64,000 bases of DNA from Fluctibacter corallii. Its GTDB lineage: Bacteria; Pseudomonadota; Gammaproteobacteria; Enterobacterales; Alteromonadaceae. The DNA lies in the NCBI RefSeq assembly GCF_025751585.1, contig NZ_JAOWKX010000009.1:101661-165660 (forward strand), given 5' to 3'. Shown piece by piece: positions 10,605-21,010 of this stretch (position 1 is its first letter; each line of letters begins with the position of its first letter). Position numbers and translations under genes: made by a program. Under the pieces are notes generated by a model. The model was not told where the DNA came from and did not search any database. It saw only the letters and a list, made by a program, of their open reading frames with translations.

Positions 10605-10740
10605 GACGTTACTCAATTCGAAAGGATTACAGATATCATCGCACTGAAAAGGTAAAAATCAATAAGAATTCGATATTTACATCATTCTTTTAGCATAAAC
10701 GTGAGACTGTCATAAAAACTATCTTATATAAGAGAGTGAA

Positions 10741-11808
10741 CTACGTGTGTAAAGCAGCCAGCTTTTGTGAGACAGACTCAGGAAACTCCACGTTATTCCA
10801 AAGTGATTTGCAAAGCGTTTCGGTGTTGTGCCAGTCTTTTTGCTTTAGCCATTCAATAAACAGGGTGGGATCTCCCGGATAATTAATAGGATCCGGGGCG
10901 GTGGTGCCTAACCAAGATCGAAGTGTATCAGAGTCTAATTTTTCCATTCCTGTGCACAAACCTAACCTTTGTAGCGTCAGCATATTCGATGCTTGTTCGT
11001 ATTGACCTTGTAACGGTTTGATTAACAACTTTTTGCCCAATTTCAGGCACTCACTCGACAGTTCAAACCCGCCGTTGGCAATCACGCCGGCACAATGTTT
11101 TTGGGCCTCTCTGAATTTAGGTTTAGAGGGTGCGAACCAGTGAATATTTCCCTCTACGCTGTCCTGTGTGACATCAGGATGAAAGCAGTGAAATTGATAA
11201 TGAGAAAATGGCGTGAGCAGCGTTTTAATATCGTTTAATGCTTCAAATGGAAGATACACGAGAAAATGCTGATTATGAGGGGTGACATCTACGGTTTCAT
11301 GTATAAAAGGAGGCAGAATAGCGTGCCCAAAATGATACCAATGAACACCTAATTGAATATCGCAGGGCGCAAAATAACGGGTAATCACTCGATCATAAAG
11401 TGATTCCCCTTTTTTAGGAACGTCGTATGTAAACGCAGCTTGATGGCTCACCGATATACTGGGAAGTGAGTGGCGCTTTGCTGCCCATGCAGATACCGGC
11501 TCGAAGTCGTTCAGTAAGAGGTCGTAATTTGCCACTTTTAGGTGATTTACGTCATGAAAAAATTGCCCCATGTCTGCGTGTTTTAAGGTTTGCCATTTGC
11601 TGACTTTTCCCTGACGCGTGACAAAGGTTAATCCTCGTCGTGTTTGATAGTCACCGAACACGTCCATGTCAAAGTACTTGTCAGGCTTTCGTCCGGTAAA
11701 TAAAAAATCTACAGATATATCAGGATGTTGTTTTAGCGCCTCTGCCATCACGCGCGCACGCGCGATGTGGCCATTGCCCGTGCCTTGCACGCCATACAAA
11801 ATTTTCAT
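10741..11808 (-). CDS. GT-B glycosyltransferase (MJ1255/MurG-like)
   Basis: N-terminus MKILYGVQGTGNGHIARARV is typical of TIGR00661-type glycosyltransferases. Co-oriented with the PAP2 gene, 11 bp downstream of it. Confidence 0.55.
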   Translation of the reverse strand: MKILYGVQGTGNGHIARARVMAEALKQHPDISVDFLFTGRKPDKYFDMDVFGDYQTRRGLTFVTRQGKVSKWQTLKHADMGQFFHDVNHLKVANYDLLLNDFEPVSAWAAKRHSLPSISVSHQAAFTYDVPKKGESLYDRVITRYFAPCDIQLGVHWYHFGHAILPPFIHETVDVTPHNQHFLVYLPFEALNDIKTLLTPFSHYQFHCFHPDVTQDSVEGNIHWFAPSKPKFREAQKHCAGVIANGGFELSSECLKLGKKLLIKPLQGQYEQASNMLTLQRLGLCTGMEKLDSDTLRSWLGTTAPDPINYPGDPTLFIEWLKQKDWHNTETLCKSLWNNVEFPESVSQKLAALHT

Positions 11809-11818
11809 CGGGTAGTGA

Positions 11819-12331
11819 TCACATTAATAAATCAAGACTAATAAACGAAATGGTTAATCCCAACATGGCTCCTGCAAAGATATCACTGGGATAATGTACC
11901 CCCAGTAAAATCCTTGAGAGGCCGATTCCCATTGCCCATGTGTAAACAAGCACTGTAAGAGAAGGGTAGAAGAAGGCGATTTGTGTTGCCATTAAAAAAG
12001 CCGCAGCGGTATGACCCGATGGCAGACTAAATTTGTCTGATGGGGTAACGTGTGCGTTAAAATTGTGAAACAAATCACAGGGGCGTTGGCGTTTGAATAA
12101 TTTCTTCAATACGACATACAACGGAAGTTCCATGCCGTAAGCAAGCAGTGCGCTGTAAAGAAATACGTCGCCGTGTAGTGGTTCAAACGCATAAAGCGCC
12201 AAGCCGATGAGTAAGTATAGGTGACCATCGCCACTGTGCGAGACCCATTTGATGACACGGCAATCGCGTTTGGCTGAGAAGTTAAATAGCCAATAAAAAA
12301 GTCGTGTGTCGGTTCGGGCAAATAGGTTCAT
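11819..12331 (-). CDS. PAP2-family phosphatase (membrane)
   Basis: PSGH and SRxxxxxH-type PAP2 motifs (LPSGHTAAAF, GVHYPSD). Multiple transmembrane segments. Confidence 0.7.
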   Translation of the reverse strand: MNLFARTDTRLFYWLFNFSAKRDCRVIKWVSHSGDGHLYLLIGLALYAFEPLHGDVFLYSALLAYGMELPLYVVLKKLFKRQRPCDLFHNFNAHVTPSDKFSLPSGHTAAAFLMATQIAFFYPSLTVLVYTWAMGIGLSRILLGVHYPSDIFAGAMLGLTISFISLDLLM

Positions 12332-12508
12332 ATCAGATCAAATATTGCTCACTTCCTAACCAATCCTAGAAGTCGAATATGAAAAAAGCGTGACAAAAAG
12401 AAGAAGCCTTTGTGACATCCATTTGTCGCAATTGATTAGATTAGCGTTTTACAAAAGGCACGATAAACACTACGCTGTGAGGGAATCTATACCCAGCAGG
12501 AATACGCA

Positions 12509-12994
12509 ATGGAATACAACACGTCAGAACTCTGTGACTTATTTGCTGATAACGTTGATGTCGTCGACCCAATGTTTATTAGTTATGGCGGAAGGTCATC
12601 TTACGGTGGGGAAGTCACTACCGTGAAGTGTTTTGAGCACAAAGGCCTAATCGACAGCGTTTTATCTGAGTCAGGAAAAGGCAAAGTTCTGCTCGTTGAC
12701 GGCGGTGGCTCAATGCGCAGAGCCTTGATTGATGCAAATACCGCACAGCTTGCCGTTGATAATGAGTGGGAAGGCATCATTTGTTATGGCAGTGTTCGTG
12801 ATGTAGATGCGCTTGAAGACATGGATATCGGCGTACATGCCATTGCTTCTATTCCCGTTAAAGCTGAAGGAGAGCTAATCGGCGAAGCGGATGTTGCCGT
12901 TAATTTTGGCGGCGTTACGTTTTTACCTGAAGATCACGTGTATGCAGATAGCACGGGGATTATTTTGTCACCGGAGCCATTGGATATAGATTAG
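12509..12994 (+). CDS. rraA: Ribonuclease E activity regulator RraA
   Basis: 161 aa, N-terminus [23 protein letters not shown].. matches the RraA/MenG family. Confidence 0.85.
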   Translation: MEYNTSELCDLFADNVDVVDPMFISYGGRSSYGGEVTTVKCFEHKGLIDSVLSESGKGKVLLVDGGGSMRRALIDANTAQLAVDNEWEGIICYGSVRDVDALEDMDIGVHAIASIPVKAEGELIGEADVAVNFGGVTFLPEDHVYADSTGIILSPEPLDID

Positions 12995-13030
12995 TCTCCG
13001 TTAGAGGTTAATTATTGAAATATGATGAAG

Positions 13031-13055
13031 AAAAAGCGCACAGAGTGCGCTTTTT
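13031..13055. terminator. Bidirectional rho-independent terminator
   Basis: AAAAAGCGCAC-AGA-GTGCGCTTTTT hairpin flanked by A and T runs, between convergent rraA and the S1/P1 nuclease gene. Confidence 0.6.
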
Positions 13056-13074
13056 CAACTCGTAGCAAATCGTT

Positions 13075-13851
13075 TTACTTATAGATGTCGTTTAAATAGG
13101 CAGCAATTCTTACCCCTGCCATCTGCAAGCGTTGCTTAACGGTCGGCAAATGTTCAAATTGGTAGTGCCACGATAATTTTTTGCTATCCGGATACACGCC
13201 ATCGCGAAGGCCCGCGCTTTCATTAATCCAATCATAGGGTGTGGCTTTTGACCACGTTGTGATGTCCTTTTTCGAAATTTTCTCAGATAGCCAGTTTGTC
13301 CATTCAGAGTAAGACAGCTGTTGTTTGTCAATCAGGCCAGAGTCCCACACACGGTGCAGATTACTATCTTGCCAGAAAAACTCTACTTTTACGTCATTGC
13401 CACCTTTATCTGTGCCGTTACCTGCGTGTAGCGGTTGGTGCAAGTCACCTATGATGTGAACAAGAAAATGCAGCGCCAAACGTTTCTCTTCTTGTGTCGC
13501 AGCCGAATTTTTAAGTGTGTTGGTGAATGATGTCAGGGCCGTGTATGCATCGCCTTGGCTTGGTGCGCCAACGTCTTTGTAGACCTTGCCTTTGGGCACA
13601 GTGACGTAGTGCCACGGTGAGGCGGTTTTTTGCCAAAACTCTGAAGGGTGAGAGCGCATTTCATCGGCATGGGTAGAGATTTCTGCTAATGATGCATGCG
13701 GATAAATTGCCTCAATGGCTTTTTCTGCATTGTCGCTTAGGTAGCGCTCAGCAATCGCGCCAGTGATGCGATGCCCTGTTTGTCCCCAACCTAGTGCGTT
13801 GGTGCTTACTACTGCAAGTAGCCCTGCTGTAAAAAGGTGTTTGATTTTCAT
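13075..13851 (-). CDS. Secreted S1/P1-family nuclease
   Basis: Signal peptide followed by WGQTGH, the mature N-terminal Trp-Gly-x-x-Gly-His of S1/P1 nucleases. His/Asp zinc ligands are present. Confidence 0.75.
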   Translation of the reverse strand: MKIKHLFTAGLLAVVSTNALGWGQTGHRITGAIAERYLSDNAEKAIEAIYPHASLAEISTHADEMRSHPSEFWQKTASPWHYVTVPKGKVYKDVGAPSQGDAYTALTSFTNTLKNSAATQEEKRLALHFLVHIIGDLHQPLHAGNGTDKGGNDVKVEFFWQDSNLHRVWDSGLIDKQQLSYSEWTNWLSEKISKKDITTWSKATPYDWINESAGLRDGVYPDSKKLSWHYQFEHLPTVKQRLQMAGVRIAAYLNDIYK

Positions 13852-13852
13852 T

Positions 13853-14479
13853 CTATTTCTTTTCCTCTGGCTGGTTGTAGCCCCAGCGTGAAGTTAACTG
13901 TTGGTCAATTCCCAGATGATCGAGAATGCGACCTACAACAAAGTCGACTAAATCCTCAATAGAGGTTGGATTGTGATAAAAACCTGGTGCAGCGGGCATC
14001 ATGGTGACCCCCATTTGCGAAAGTTTCAGCATGTTTTCAAGGTGAATCGTCGATAAGGGCATTTCTCGGGGCACCATAATCAGTTGCCCACGCTCCTTAA
14101 TTACCACGTCTGCGGCGCGCTCGATCAGGTTGTCACTCTTGCCCGTCGCGACAGCAGAGAGTGTGCCAGTAGAACAAGGGCAAATTACCATGTGTTTGGG
14201 CGCGGCAGAGCCAGAGGCAACAGGAGAAAACCACTCATCTTTACCAAATACGGTTAGCCGGCTCTCCTCAACGTCAAAATAGTCTTGAAAGAACGCGCTG
14301 GCGGCAGAGGGGTTAGCTGGAATCTTGATGTTGTTTTCTGTTGCTAGCACCACGCGAGCCGCGGATGAGATCAACAAGTACACATCTTTACCTGCTGCAA
14401 GCAGCGAGGCGACCAACTTCAACCCATACGGCGCACCGCTGGCGCCAGTAAATGCAACGGTAATATAATTAGTGTGCAT
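13853..14479 (-). CDS. ubiX: Flavin prenyltransferase UbiX
   Basis: [30 protein letters not shown] motifs. The internal Met was chosen as start; the ORF track extends to 14530. Confidence 0.85.
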   Translation of the reverse strand: MHTNYITVAFTGASGAPYGLKLVASLLAAGKDVYLLISSAARVVLATENNIKIPANPSAASAFFQDYFDVEESRLTVFGKDEWFSPVASGSAAPKHMVICPCSTGTLSAVATGKSDNLIERAADVVIKERGQLIMVPREMPLSTIHLENMLKLSQMGVTMMPAAPGFYHNPTSIEDLVDFVVGRILDHLGIDQQLTSRWGYNQPEEKK

Positions 14480-15836
14480 GTTTCTCCTGCAATGCAGATA
14501 ATAGTTTGTCATGAAGGCCGCCAAAGCCACCGTTACTCATCACAATGATTCGGTCTCCTGGTTTGGCGATAGCCGTGACAGACGTGACGATATTGTCTAC
14601 ATCACGGTGCAAGTGCGTAGGCACAATGCTTTTTTCTGTCAGTTCAGACATTTCCCACTGTAGTCCAGTCGGTTCAAAAAGAAAAACTTCATCCGCCATT
14701 TGCCACGATGTTGCCAGTGTGTCTTTGTGCGTCCCCTGTTTCATGGTGGCTGAGCGAGGTTCTAAGATGGCAATGATCTTGGCATTACCTACGTTAGAAC
14801 GTAAGCCTTCAAGGGTGGTTAAAATGGCTGAAGGATGGTGTGCAAAATCGTCATACACGCGAATGTTGTTTATATCACCACGTAATTCCATGCGGCGTTT
14901 CACGTTAACAAATTTGCCAAGGGCTTCCATGGCTACTTTTGGGTCGATACCCGCGTGTCTGGCGGCGGCAATCGCCATGATGCCATTGGCGATATTGTGG
15001 TTGCCAATAAGTGACCACGTAACGCTGCCCAGTGATTCACCATGTAAAATCACCTCAAACTGGCTACCGTCTTTGGCCCTTTCACCAATTTGCCATTCTT
15101 TACCTAATTGCTGATGGTTGCTCCATAGCCCCATGTCTATTACATCTTCGAGATTTTCGTCGTCTGCTGGCGTAAGCACTAATCCATTCGAGGGCAGAAT
15201 GCGCAGCAAATGGTGAAATTGCTTCTTAATATCTTTCAGGCTATCGAAGATATCTGCGTGATCGAACTCAAGGTTATTCATGATCAAGGTGCGAGGATGG
15301 TAATGAACAAACTTGGAGCGTTTATCAAAAAAGGCACTGTCGTATTCATCTGCTTCAATGACGAAAAACGGGGAGTCTCCTAACCGAGCCGAAATACCAA
15401 AGTTCTCAGGAATTCCGCCAATCAAAAAGCCAGGTTTCATGCCCGCATAATCTAGTATCCATGCAAGCATACTCGAGGTTGACGTTTTGCCATGGGTGCC
15501 TGATGCAGCCAATACCCAGCGGTGTTTAAGTACATTTTCAGACAACCACTGCGGGCCGCTAATGTAATTTATGTTGCGTTCAAGTACATATTCTACAGCT
15601 GGATTGCCGCGCGTCATGGCATTGCCAATGATCACAAGGTCAGGCTCAGGATTAAGTTGAACAGGATCAAACCCTTGGGTAAGCGTGATACCTAACTCTT
15701 CTAATTGTGTGCTCATTGGCGGATACACGTTTGCGTCTGATCCTGTGACGTGGTGGCCAAGAGATTTAGCAATCGCGGCGATACCACCCATAAAAGTACC
15801 GCAAATGCCTAAAATATGTATATGCATGTGTCTCAC
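14469..15836 (-). CDS. mpl: UDP-N-acetylmuramate:L-Ala-gamma-D-Glu-meso-DAP ligase
   Basis: [27 protein letters not shown] is collinear with E. coli Mpl. Divergent from fbp, as in E. coli. Confidence 0.9.
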   Translation of the reverse strand: MRHMHIHILGICGTFMGGIAAIAKSLGHHVTGSDANVYPPMSTQLEELGITLTQGFDPVQLNPEPDLVIIGNAMTRGNPAVEYVLERNINYISGPQWLSENVLKHRWVLAASGTHGKTSTSSMLAWILDYAGMKPGFLIGGIPENFGISARLGDSPFFVIEADEYDSAFFDKRSKFVHYHPRTLIMNNLEFDHADIFDSLKDIKKQFHHLLRILPSNGLVLTPADDENLEDVIDMGLWSNHQQLGKEWQIGERAKDGSQFEVILHGESLGSVTWSLIGNHNIANGIMAIAAARHAGIDPKVAMEALGKFVNVKRRMELRGDINNIRVYDDFAHHPSAILTTLEGLRSNVGNAKIIAILEPRSATMKQGTHKDTLATSWQMADEVFLFEPTGLQWEMSELTEKSIVPTHLHRDVDNIVTSVTAIAKPGDRIIVMSNGGFGGLHDKLLSALQEKHAH

Positions 15837-16103
15837 TGCGTAAAAATAGCTGTGCCAGTGTAATACCCTGACTCTGTGCGCCGCGTGCGCTTATTCGTTG
15901 CGAACCAAAGATAGCAAGACTACCAGAAAGAATGCGTGGCGTTAATGTCTTCCATCTTCTTTACAACAACTAGCTGAGTTTTTGTTCAATCCCAGTTACA
16001 ATACGCCTAACAGTCTAAAAATAATAAAAATATTCACTGTTAGCTGATTTGTATCAGTTGTAAAACCCTACATAAAAACAGAAATTCAAAGGTTTGGATA
16101 CCC

Positions 16104-17075
16104 ATGAAACGACTCAACTCTCAACTTCAGGAAGACGGCGCACCGTTAGAACTGATTTTGCTTATTCGTACTTTACTGGCTGGCTGTAAAGAAATTTCCT
16201 TCCGTGTTAGTCAGGGTGCGCTGGCTGGCGTGCTGGGTTCACTACTGAGTGAAAACGTACAGGGTGAGACCCAAAAGAAACTGGACGTAATTTCAAACCA
16301 GATCTTAAAAGACATTTTGCGTGAATCGGGCTACGTTAAAGCGATTTCTTCTGAAGAAGAAGATGAAGTGGTGCCGTGTAACCCAGAGGGCAAATATTTA
16401 GTGAGTTTCGATCCGCTAGATGGCTCGTCAAATACCGATATCAACAGCTTAATTGGCACCATTTTCTCGATTACGCATGCGCCGCAATGGATGGAGCCAG
16501 ATGACCCCTCCGCGTTCTTGCAACCGGGTACGCAAATGGTTGCGGCAGGATACGTACTGTATGGCCCATCAACCATGCTGGCCATGACAACGGGGCGCGG
16601 TACGCACATGTACACCCTCGATAAAACCCATGGCGGATTCCTGCTTACCGAGGCAAATGTCACCGTGCCAGAGCAAACCAAAGAGTTTGCTATTAACGCG
16701 TCAAACCAACGTCATTGGGAGCAGCCAATGCAAGATTACGTCACCGATTTATTGCTTGGTGATGAAGGGCCGCGCGGTAAAAACTTCAACATGCGCTGGG
16801 TAGGAGCGATGGTAGGTGATATTCACCGAGTGCTGTGCCGTGGTGGTATTTTCTCGTATCCTGCTGACAAACGTAACCCGAAAATTCCAGGCAAACTGCG
16901 TTTACTCTATGAAGCAAACCCCATGTCATTTTTGATTGAACAAGCTGGAGGCGCATCGTCTACAGGAGAAGGGCGTATTTTGGAAGTGATGCCAGAAGAA
17001 ATCCATCAACGGGTGCCAGTTATCATGGGCTCTAAAGAAGAAGTAGAAACCTGCGTTAGCTATTATCGCCGATAG
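16104..17075 (+). CDS. fbp: Fructose-1,6-bisphosphatase class 1
   Basis: 323 aa, Fbp signature regions ([18 protein letters not shown]). Confidence 0.9.
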   Translation: MKRLNSQLQEDGAPLELILLIRTLLAGCKEISFRVSQGALAGVLGSLLSENVQGETQKKLDVISNQILKDILRESGYVKAISSEEEDEVVPCNPEGKYLVSFDPLDGSSNTDINSLIGTIFSITHAPQWMEPDDPSAFLQPGTQMVAAGYVLYGPSTMLAMTTGRGTHMYTLDKTHGGFLLTEANVTVPEQTKEFAINASNQRHWEQPMQDYVTDLLLGDEGPRGKNFNMRWVGAMVGDIHRVLCRGGIFSYPADKRNPKIPGKLRLLYEANPMSFLIEQAGGASSTGEGRILEVMPEEIHQRVPVIMGSKEEVETCVSYYRR

Positions 17076-17135
17076 GTGCTTTGCTAACCCTTATCAGCAG
17101 CATGATTCGTCGCTAAGCTTGTTGGTTTAAAAGAG

Positions 17136-17171
17136 ATGGCGCAAAGAGAACTTACTCTCTGCGCCATTTTT
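17136..17171. terminator. Bidirectional rho-independent terminator between fbp and hppA
   Basis: A 12-bp stem (GGCGCAAAGAGA / TCTCTGCGCC, one bulge) followed by TTTTT. Confidence 0.55.
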
Positions 17172-17219
17172 GTCTCTTTTATCTTATATATTTATCCACG
17201 TATTTTCTGTTTACAGCCA

Positions 17220-19214
17220 TTACAGTAAGGGTGCGATCACTAAACTTACTATTGCCATCACGTTGATAAGAATATTCATCGATGGGCCAGACGTATCTTT
17301 AAAGGGATCGCCCACGGTATCGCCAACCACCGCGGCAGCATGCACTTCTGAACCTTTTCCACCAAAATGGCCTTTTTCTACGTACTTTTTGGCGTTATCC
17401 CATGCACCACCGGCATTTGCCATCATTAACGCAAGTAACACGCAGCCTAGTAACGCACCACCAAGCATTCCTCCTAACGCATGAGCGCCAATACCGAAGC
17501 CTACTGCGGGTGGAACGATTACCGCAATTGCACCCGGTAATATCATTTTCTTTAATGCGGCTGCTGTGGCGATATCCACACAACGCCCTGTATCTGGCTC
17601 GGCTTTGCCTTCCATCAAACCGTCGATTTCGCGAAACTGTCGACGAATCTCCTGAATCATATCAAAGGCAGCATCACCTACGGCGGTCATGGTGATAGAG
17701 GCAATCAGAAAAGGGAGTATCCCGCCAATAAACAGGCCGGTGAGCACGGTTGGATCACCTAAATGCAGCATGAACGTACCGCGGCTAAGCGACATGGTTT
17801 CAACGAATGCGGCAATGATTGCCAGCGCCGCCAGCGCCGCCGCACCAATAGCAAACCCCTTACCAATCGCGGCAGTGGTATTTCCTAGTTCATCGAGAGA
17901 ATCTGTGATTGCGCGGGTGTCTTCGCCTAAGCCACCCATTTCCGCAATGCCTCCCGCGTTGTCAGCGACGGGGCCGTATGCGTCTATAGCCATTGTAATA
18001 CCGACGGTTGCAAGCATACCAACTGCTGCGATACCCACACCATAAAGCCCAGACAAAGATGTTGAAATAAAGATAATGGCACAAATGGTTAGTACTGGAA
18101 TCACTACAGATTGCATGCCAACAGACAGACCTGTAATCATGACTGTTGCGGGACCCGTTTCGCCAGATTGCGCAATTTTGCGTACCGGCCCAGCCGCCGT
18201 GTAATACTCGGTCACTAATCCAATAATGATGCCACCAATGGCACCACAAATAACCGACCACCACACATTGATACTAATGCCCGTTAAGGTAACGACGAAG
18301 TAGGCTGCTGCGATAAATAATATGGCGGCTGAAATTGTCCCTGCGCGCAGTGCCACTTCGGGTTTACTTGATGACATTAGGTTAACGAATACGATCCCTA
18401 ACACCGAGCAAAGTAACCCTGTTGATGCCAATGCCAATGGCAGAAACATTAAGCTTTCTCGTGCGCCAAGGGTGCCAACTACCATGGTCGAGGCAATCGC
18501 AATGGTTGCGATCATTGAGCCGCAGTAGGACTCAAAAATATCAGAGCCCATTCCTGCTACATCGCCCACGTTGTCGCCTACATTGTCAGCGATCACCCCC
18601 GGATTTCGCGGGTCGTCTTCAGGAATTCCTGCTTCTACTTTACCGACTAAATCTGCGCCGACATCGGCGCTTTTGGTGTAAATGCCGCCACCAACACGAG
18701 AAAATAACGCCACAATCGATGCGCCCATGCCAAATCCGTGAATCACATGAGCGGATTCTGGGTTGTCGCCAAAGAACCAATACAACCCTCCCAGACCAAG
18801 TAATCCCATTGACGCAACGCACAAACCCATTATAGAACCACCTGAAAACGCAATCGACAACGCGGCGGGTGCGCCTTCATCGTGCGCTGCCTGCGTGGTG
18901 CGCACATTGGCCTTGGTGGCGGTGAACATGCCAATGTATCCTGCTAATGCGGAACAACATGCTCCCACTACAAAGGCGAGGGTGGTGTCGGCACCTAGCG
19001 AGAAAAACAATGCTAACCCGACCACTAGCGCAAAAATAAACAACATCTTGTACTCACGGTGCATAAATACCATCGCGCCTAAGTGAATGGCATCGGCAAT
19101 CTTAGCAATAACAGGGTTACTGACGGGTTTACGTTTTATCATCTGATAAATAAGCAAGGCAATGACGAGCCCCGCGATTCCCAAGAAGGGTGGTAGGTAT
19201 AGGTAGTCTGTCAT
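17220..19214 (-). CDS. hppA: Membrane-bound proton-translocating pyrophosphatase
   Basis: About 665 aa polytopic protein with V-PPase motifs ([32 protein letters not shown]). Confidence 0.9.
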   Translation of the reverse strand: MTDYLYLPPFLGIAGLVIALLIYQMIKRKPVSNPVIAKIADAIHLGAMVFMHREYKMLFIFALVVGLALFFSLGADTTLAFVVGACCSALAGYIGMFTATKANVRTTQAAHDEGAPAALSIAFSGGSIMGLCVASMGLLGLGGLYWFFGDNPESAHVIHGFGMGASIVALFSRVGGGIYTKSADVGADLVGKVEAGIPEDDPRNPGVIADNVGDNVGDVAGMGSDIFESYCGSMIATIAIASTMVVGTLGARESLMFLPLALASTGLLCSVLGIVFVNLMSSSKPEVALRAGTISAAILFIAAAYFVVTLTGISINVWWSVICGAIGGIIIGLVTEYYTAAGPVRKIAQSGETGPATVMITGLSVGMQSVVIPVLTICAIIFISTSLSGLYGVGIAAVGMLATVGITMAIDAYGPVADNAGGIAEMGGLGEDTRAITDSLDELGNTTAAIGKGFAIGAAALAALAIIAAFVETMSLSRGTFMLHLGDPTVLTGLFIGGILPFLIASITMTAVGDAAFDMIQEIRRQFREIDGLMEGKAEPDTGRCVDIATAAALKKMILPGAIAVIVPPAVGFGIGAHALGGMLGGALLGCVLLALMMANAGGAWDNAKKYVEKGHFGGKGSEVHAAAVVGDTVGDPFKDTSGPSMNILINVMAIVSLVIAPLL

Positions 19215-19548
19215 AATGTCCCCTAAAAAGTGGCTATGACACAAAGTGCGACTGCAAGTTCGTCTCGTCTTGGAAGGCGTTGGAACCCCACGCTTTGCGT
19301 GATTGGCGAGCTGGATGCTTTATCATTTCCTCACGTTGCGCCCGTACCCGCTTGTTTTCGTTACAAAATATTTACATCCTCATGGTGAATATACCGAGCT
19401 ATTCGGTAAGAACACAAGTGATTTGCACAAAAATACGTCAAATTGCGTAAAAACCTGACGATTCTAAAGCATTGTTGATTTCATCTTGACGGCGATCCCT
19501 TTATAATTTCGCCCAATATTCTTTGAACTATTCATAAAGGTTGATGTT

Positions 19549-20097
19549 ATGAGCTTGAACGCTGTTCCAGCAGGTAAAAACCTGCCAGATGAAATTAACG
19601 TTATCATCGAAATTCCTGCGCACGCAGATCCGGTTAAATACGAAGTAGATAAAGAGTCTGGCGCGATTTTTGTTGATCGCTTCATGGCAACTTGTATGCA
19701 CTATCCAACAAACTACGGTTACGTGCCACATACTTTGTCAGAAGACGGTGACCCAGTTGATGTACTTGTGATCACGCCTTTCCCACTTATGGCTGGCGCG
19801 GTTATTCGTTGTCGTCCAGTTGGCGTATTAAATATGACTGACGAGTCAGGTACAGACGCAAAAGTACTTGCAGTACCTGCAGACAAGTTGTCTACGATTT
19901 ATCGTGGTATTACAGAAGTGGATCAGGTGCCTGAATTACTTCGTAACCAAATTGAACACTTCTTCGAGCACTACAAAGATCTTGAGCCAAATAAATGGGT
20001 TAAAATTGAAGGTTGGGCAAACGCAGCGGCAGCAAAAGAAGAGATTGTTGCAAGCGTTAAGCGTTACGAAGAAACTGAAGACAAGCCTGCGTTTTAA
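19549..20097 (+). CDS. ppa: Soluble inorganic pyrophosphatase
   Basis: 182 aa, near-collinear with E. coli Ppa ([24 protein letters not shown]..). Confidence 0.95.
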   Translation: MSLNAVPAGKNLPDEINVIIEIPAHADPVKYEVDKESGAIFVDRFMATCMHYPTNYGYVPHTLSEDGDPVDVLVITPFPLMAGAVIRCRPVGVLNMTDESGTDAKVLAVPADKLSTIYRGITEVDQVPELLRNQIEHFFEHYKDLEPNKWVKIEGWANAAAAKEEIVASVKRYEETEDKPAF

Positions 20098-20125
20098 TTC
20101 AGGCGTGGTGTCTTATACATTCCTA

Positions 20126-20151
20126 AAAGCCGGCGTTTCTGCCGGTTTTTT
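20126..20151 (+). terminator. Rho-independent terminator of ppa
   Basis: AAAAGCCGGC-GTTTCT-GCCGGTTTTTT. Confidence 0.7.
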
Positions 20152-20171
20152 AGTTTTATGGCCTGCTTCGA

Positions 20172-20771
20172 TCACACATACTTTGCTTTAAACCAATAGT
20201 AAATGCGGGTTAACCAACTTGGTTTTAGCGAAACCTGTTTCAGTTCAGAATGCAGCACGTTGTATATTTGCATACGACGCTCAACACAGAGTTCCTTTTT
20301 GGTATTGAGCTCGTCTTTTGTCATTTCGGTGTTGTTTCGAGAGGCATAGCTGTAAAATTCGGTGCCGCTCTCTCCGTACTTACGTACGAGCTGCTGCGCC
20401 TCATGGCTTCCCATTAATAATAAACGTGCTTCCGCGCTGCTTAGGCCTTTGGCTAGCGAGTACATTTCATCACGCGCTTCGGTTATCGCATTTTCACGTT
20501 TTTCTGAGAAGGATTTGCCTTCACTCAATACATTGACTCGCTCTGTAATGCGTGAGTGGTAAGTGAGTAGGGCATGGTGAAATGCTTCAATATCCAGCGA
20601 CACATTTTCTAAAAATTCTTGTTGCTTGGTGGCGTATTGTTTTTCAAGCTCACGTTTGGTTGTGCTTCTGGCAATTAAATAGGTAAATACGCCGGTGATC
20701 CCTGCACCCAGCCCAACTTTGATGGCGGTATCAATCAGTTCAAATTCTTCTTTAGTGAGTGCCATATACAA
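20172..20771 (-). CDS. Hypothetical protein with one N-terminal transmembrane helix
   Basis: 199-aa ORF with no recognisable family, at the left edge of the AT-rich block. Confidence 0.4.
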   Translation of the reverse strand: MYMALTKEEFELIDTAIKVGLGAGITGVFTYLIARSTTKRELEKQYATKQQEFLENVSLDIEAFHHALLTYHSRITERVNVLSEGKSFSEKRENAITEARDEMYSLAKGLSSAEARLLLMGSHEAQQLVRKYGESGTEFYSYASRNNTEMTKDELNTKKELCVERRMQIYNVLHSELKQVSLKPSWLTRIYYWFKAKYV

Positions 20772-21010
20772 CCTGATGTGTTTAAACGTAGAAAAGCCCT
20801 AAGTTTTTCATATTCTCCCTATGATTGGCTACTGCAAATCGAACATCCAGCAATCTTTGGATTAAGTACTAATCTTAGTTTTGATAGTACATATGACTTT
20901 GGTGATTGAAAATTAGACTACATGTTTGCTATATTTTTAGAAAAAGGGATAGGTGACTAAGATTAAAGTGTAACTTCCTATACACACTTCAATCACATCT
21001 AGCTTCGAGT

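Noticed and set aside
12390-12626. 78-aa ORF upstream of and overlapping the rraA start
   Set aside because: It overlaps the rraA 5' end in another frame and has no RBS. It is likely the promoter/UTR region of rraA.
17395-19086. Multiple 60-137 aa ORFs on both strands inside hppA (and similarly inside uvrD 3684-4582, purD, purH, accC, mpl, MCP)
   Set aside because: They lie in alternative frames or antisense within long, well-supported conserved genes. They have low-complexity or Arg/Ser/Pro-rich translations typical of antisense ORFs in GC-moderate coding DNA.
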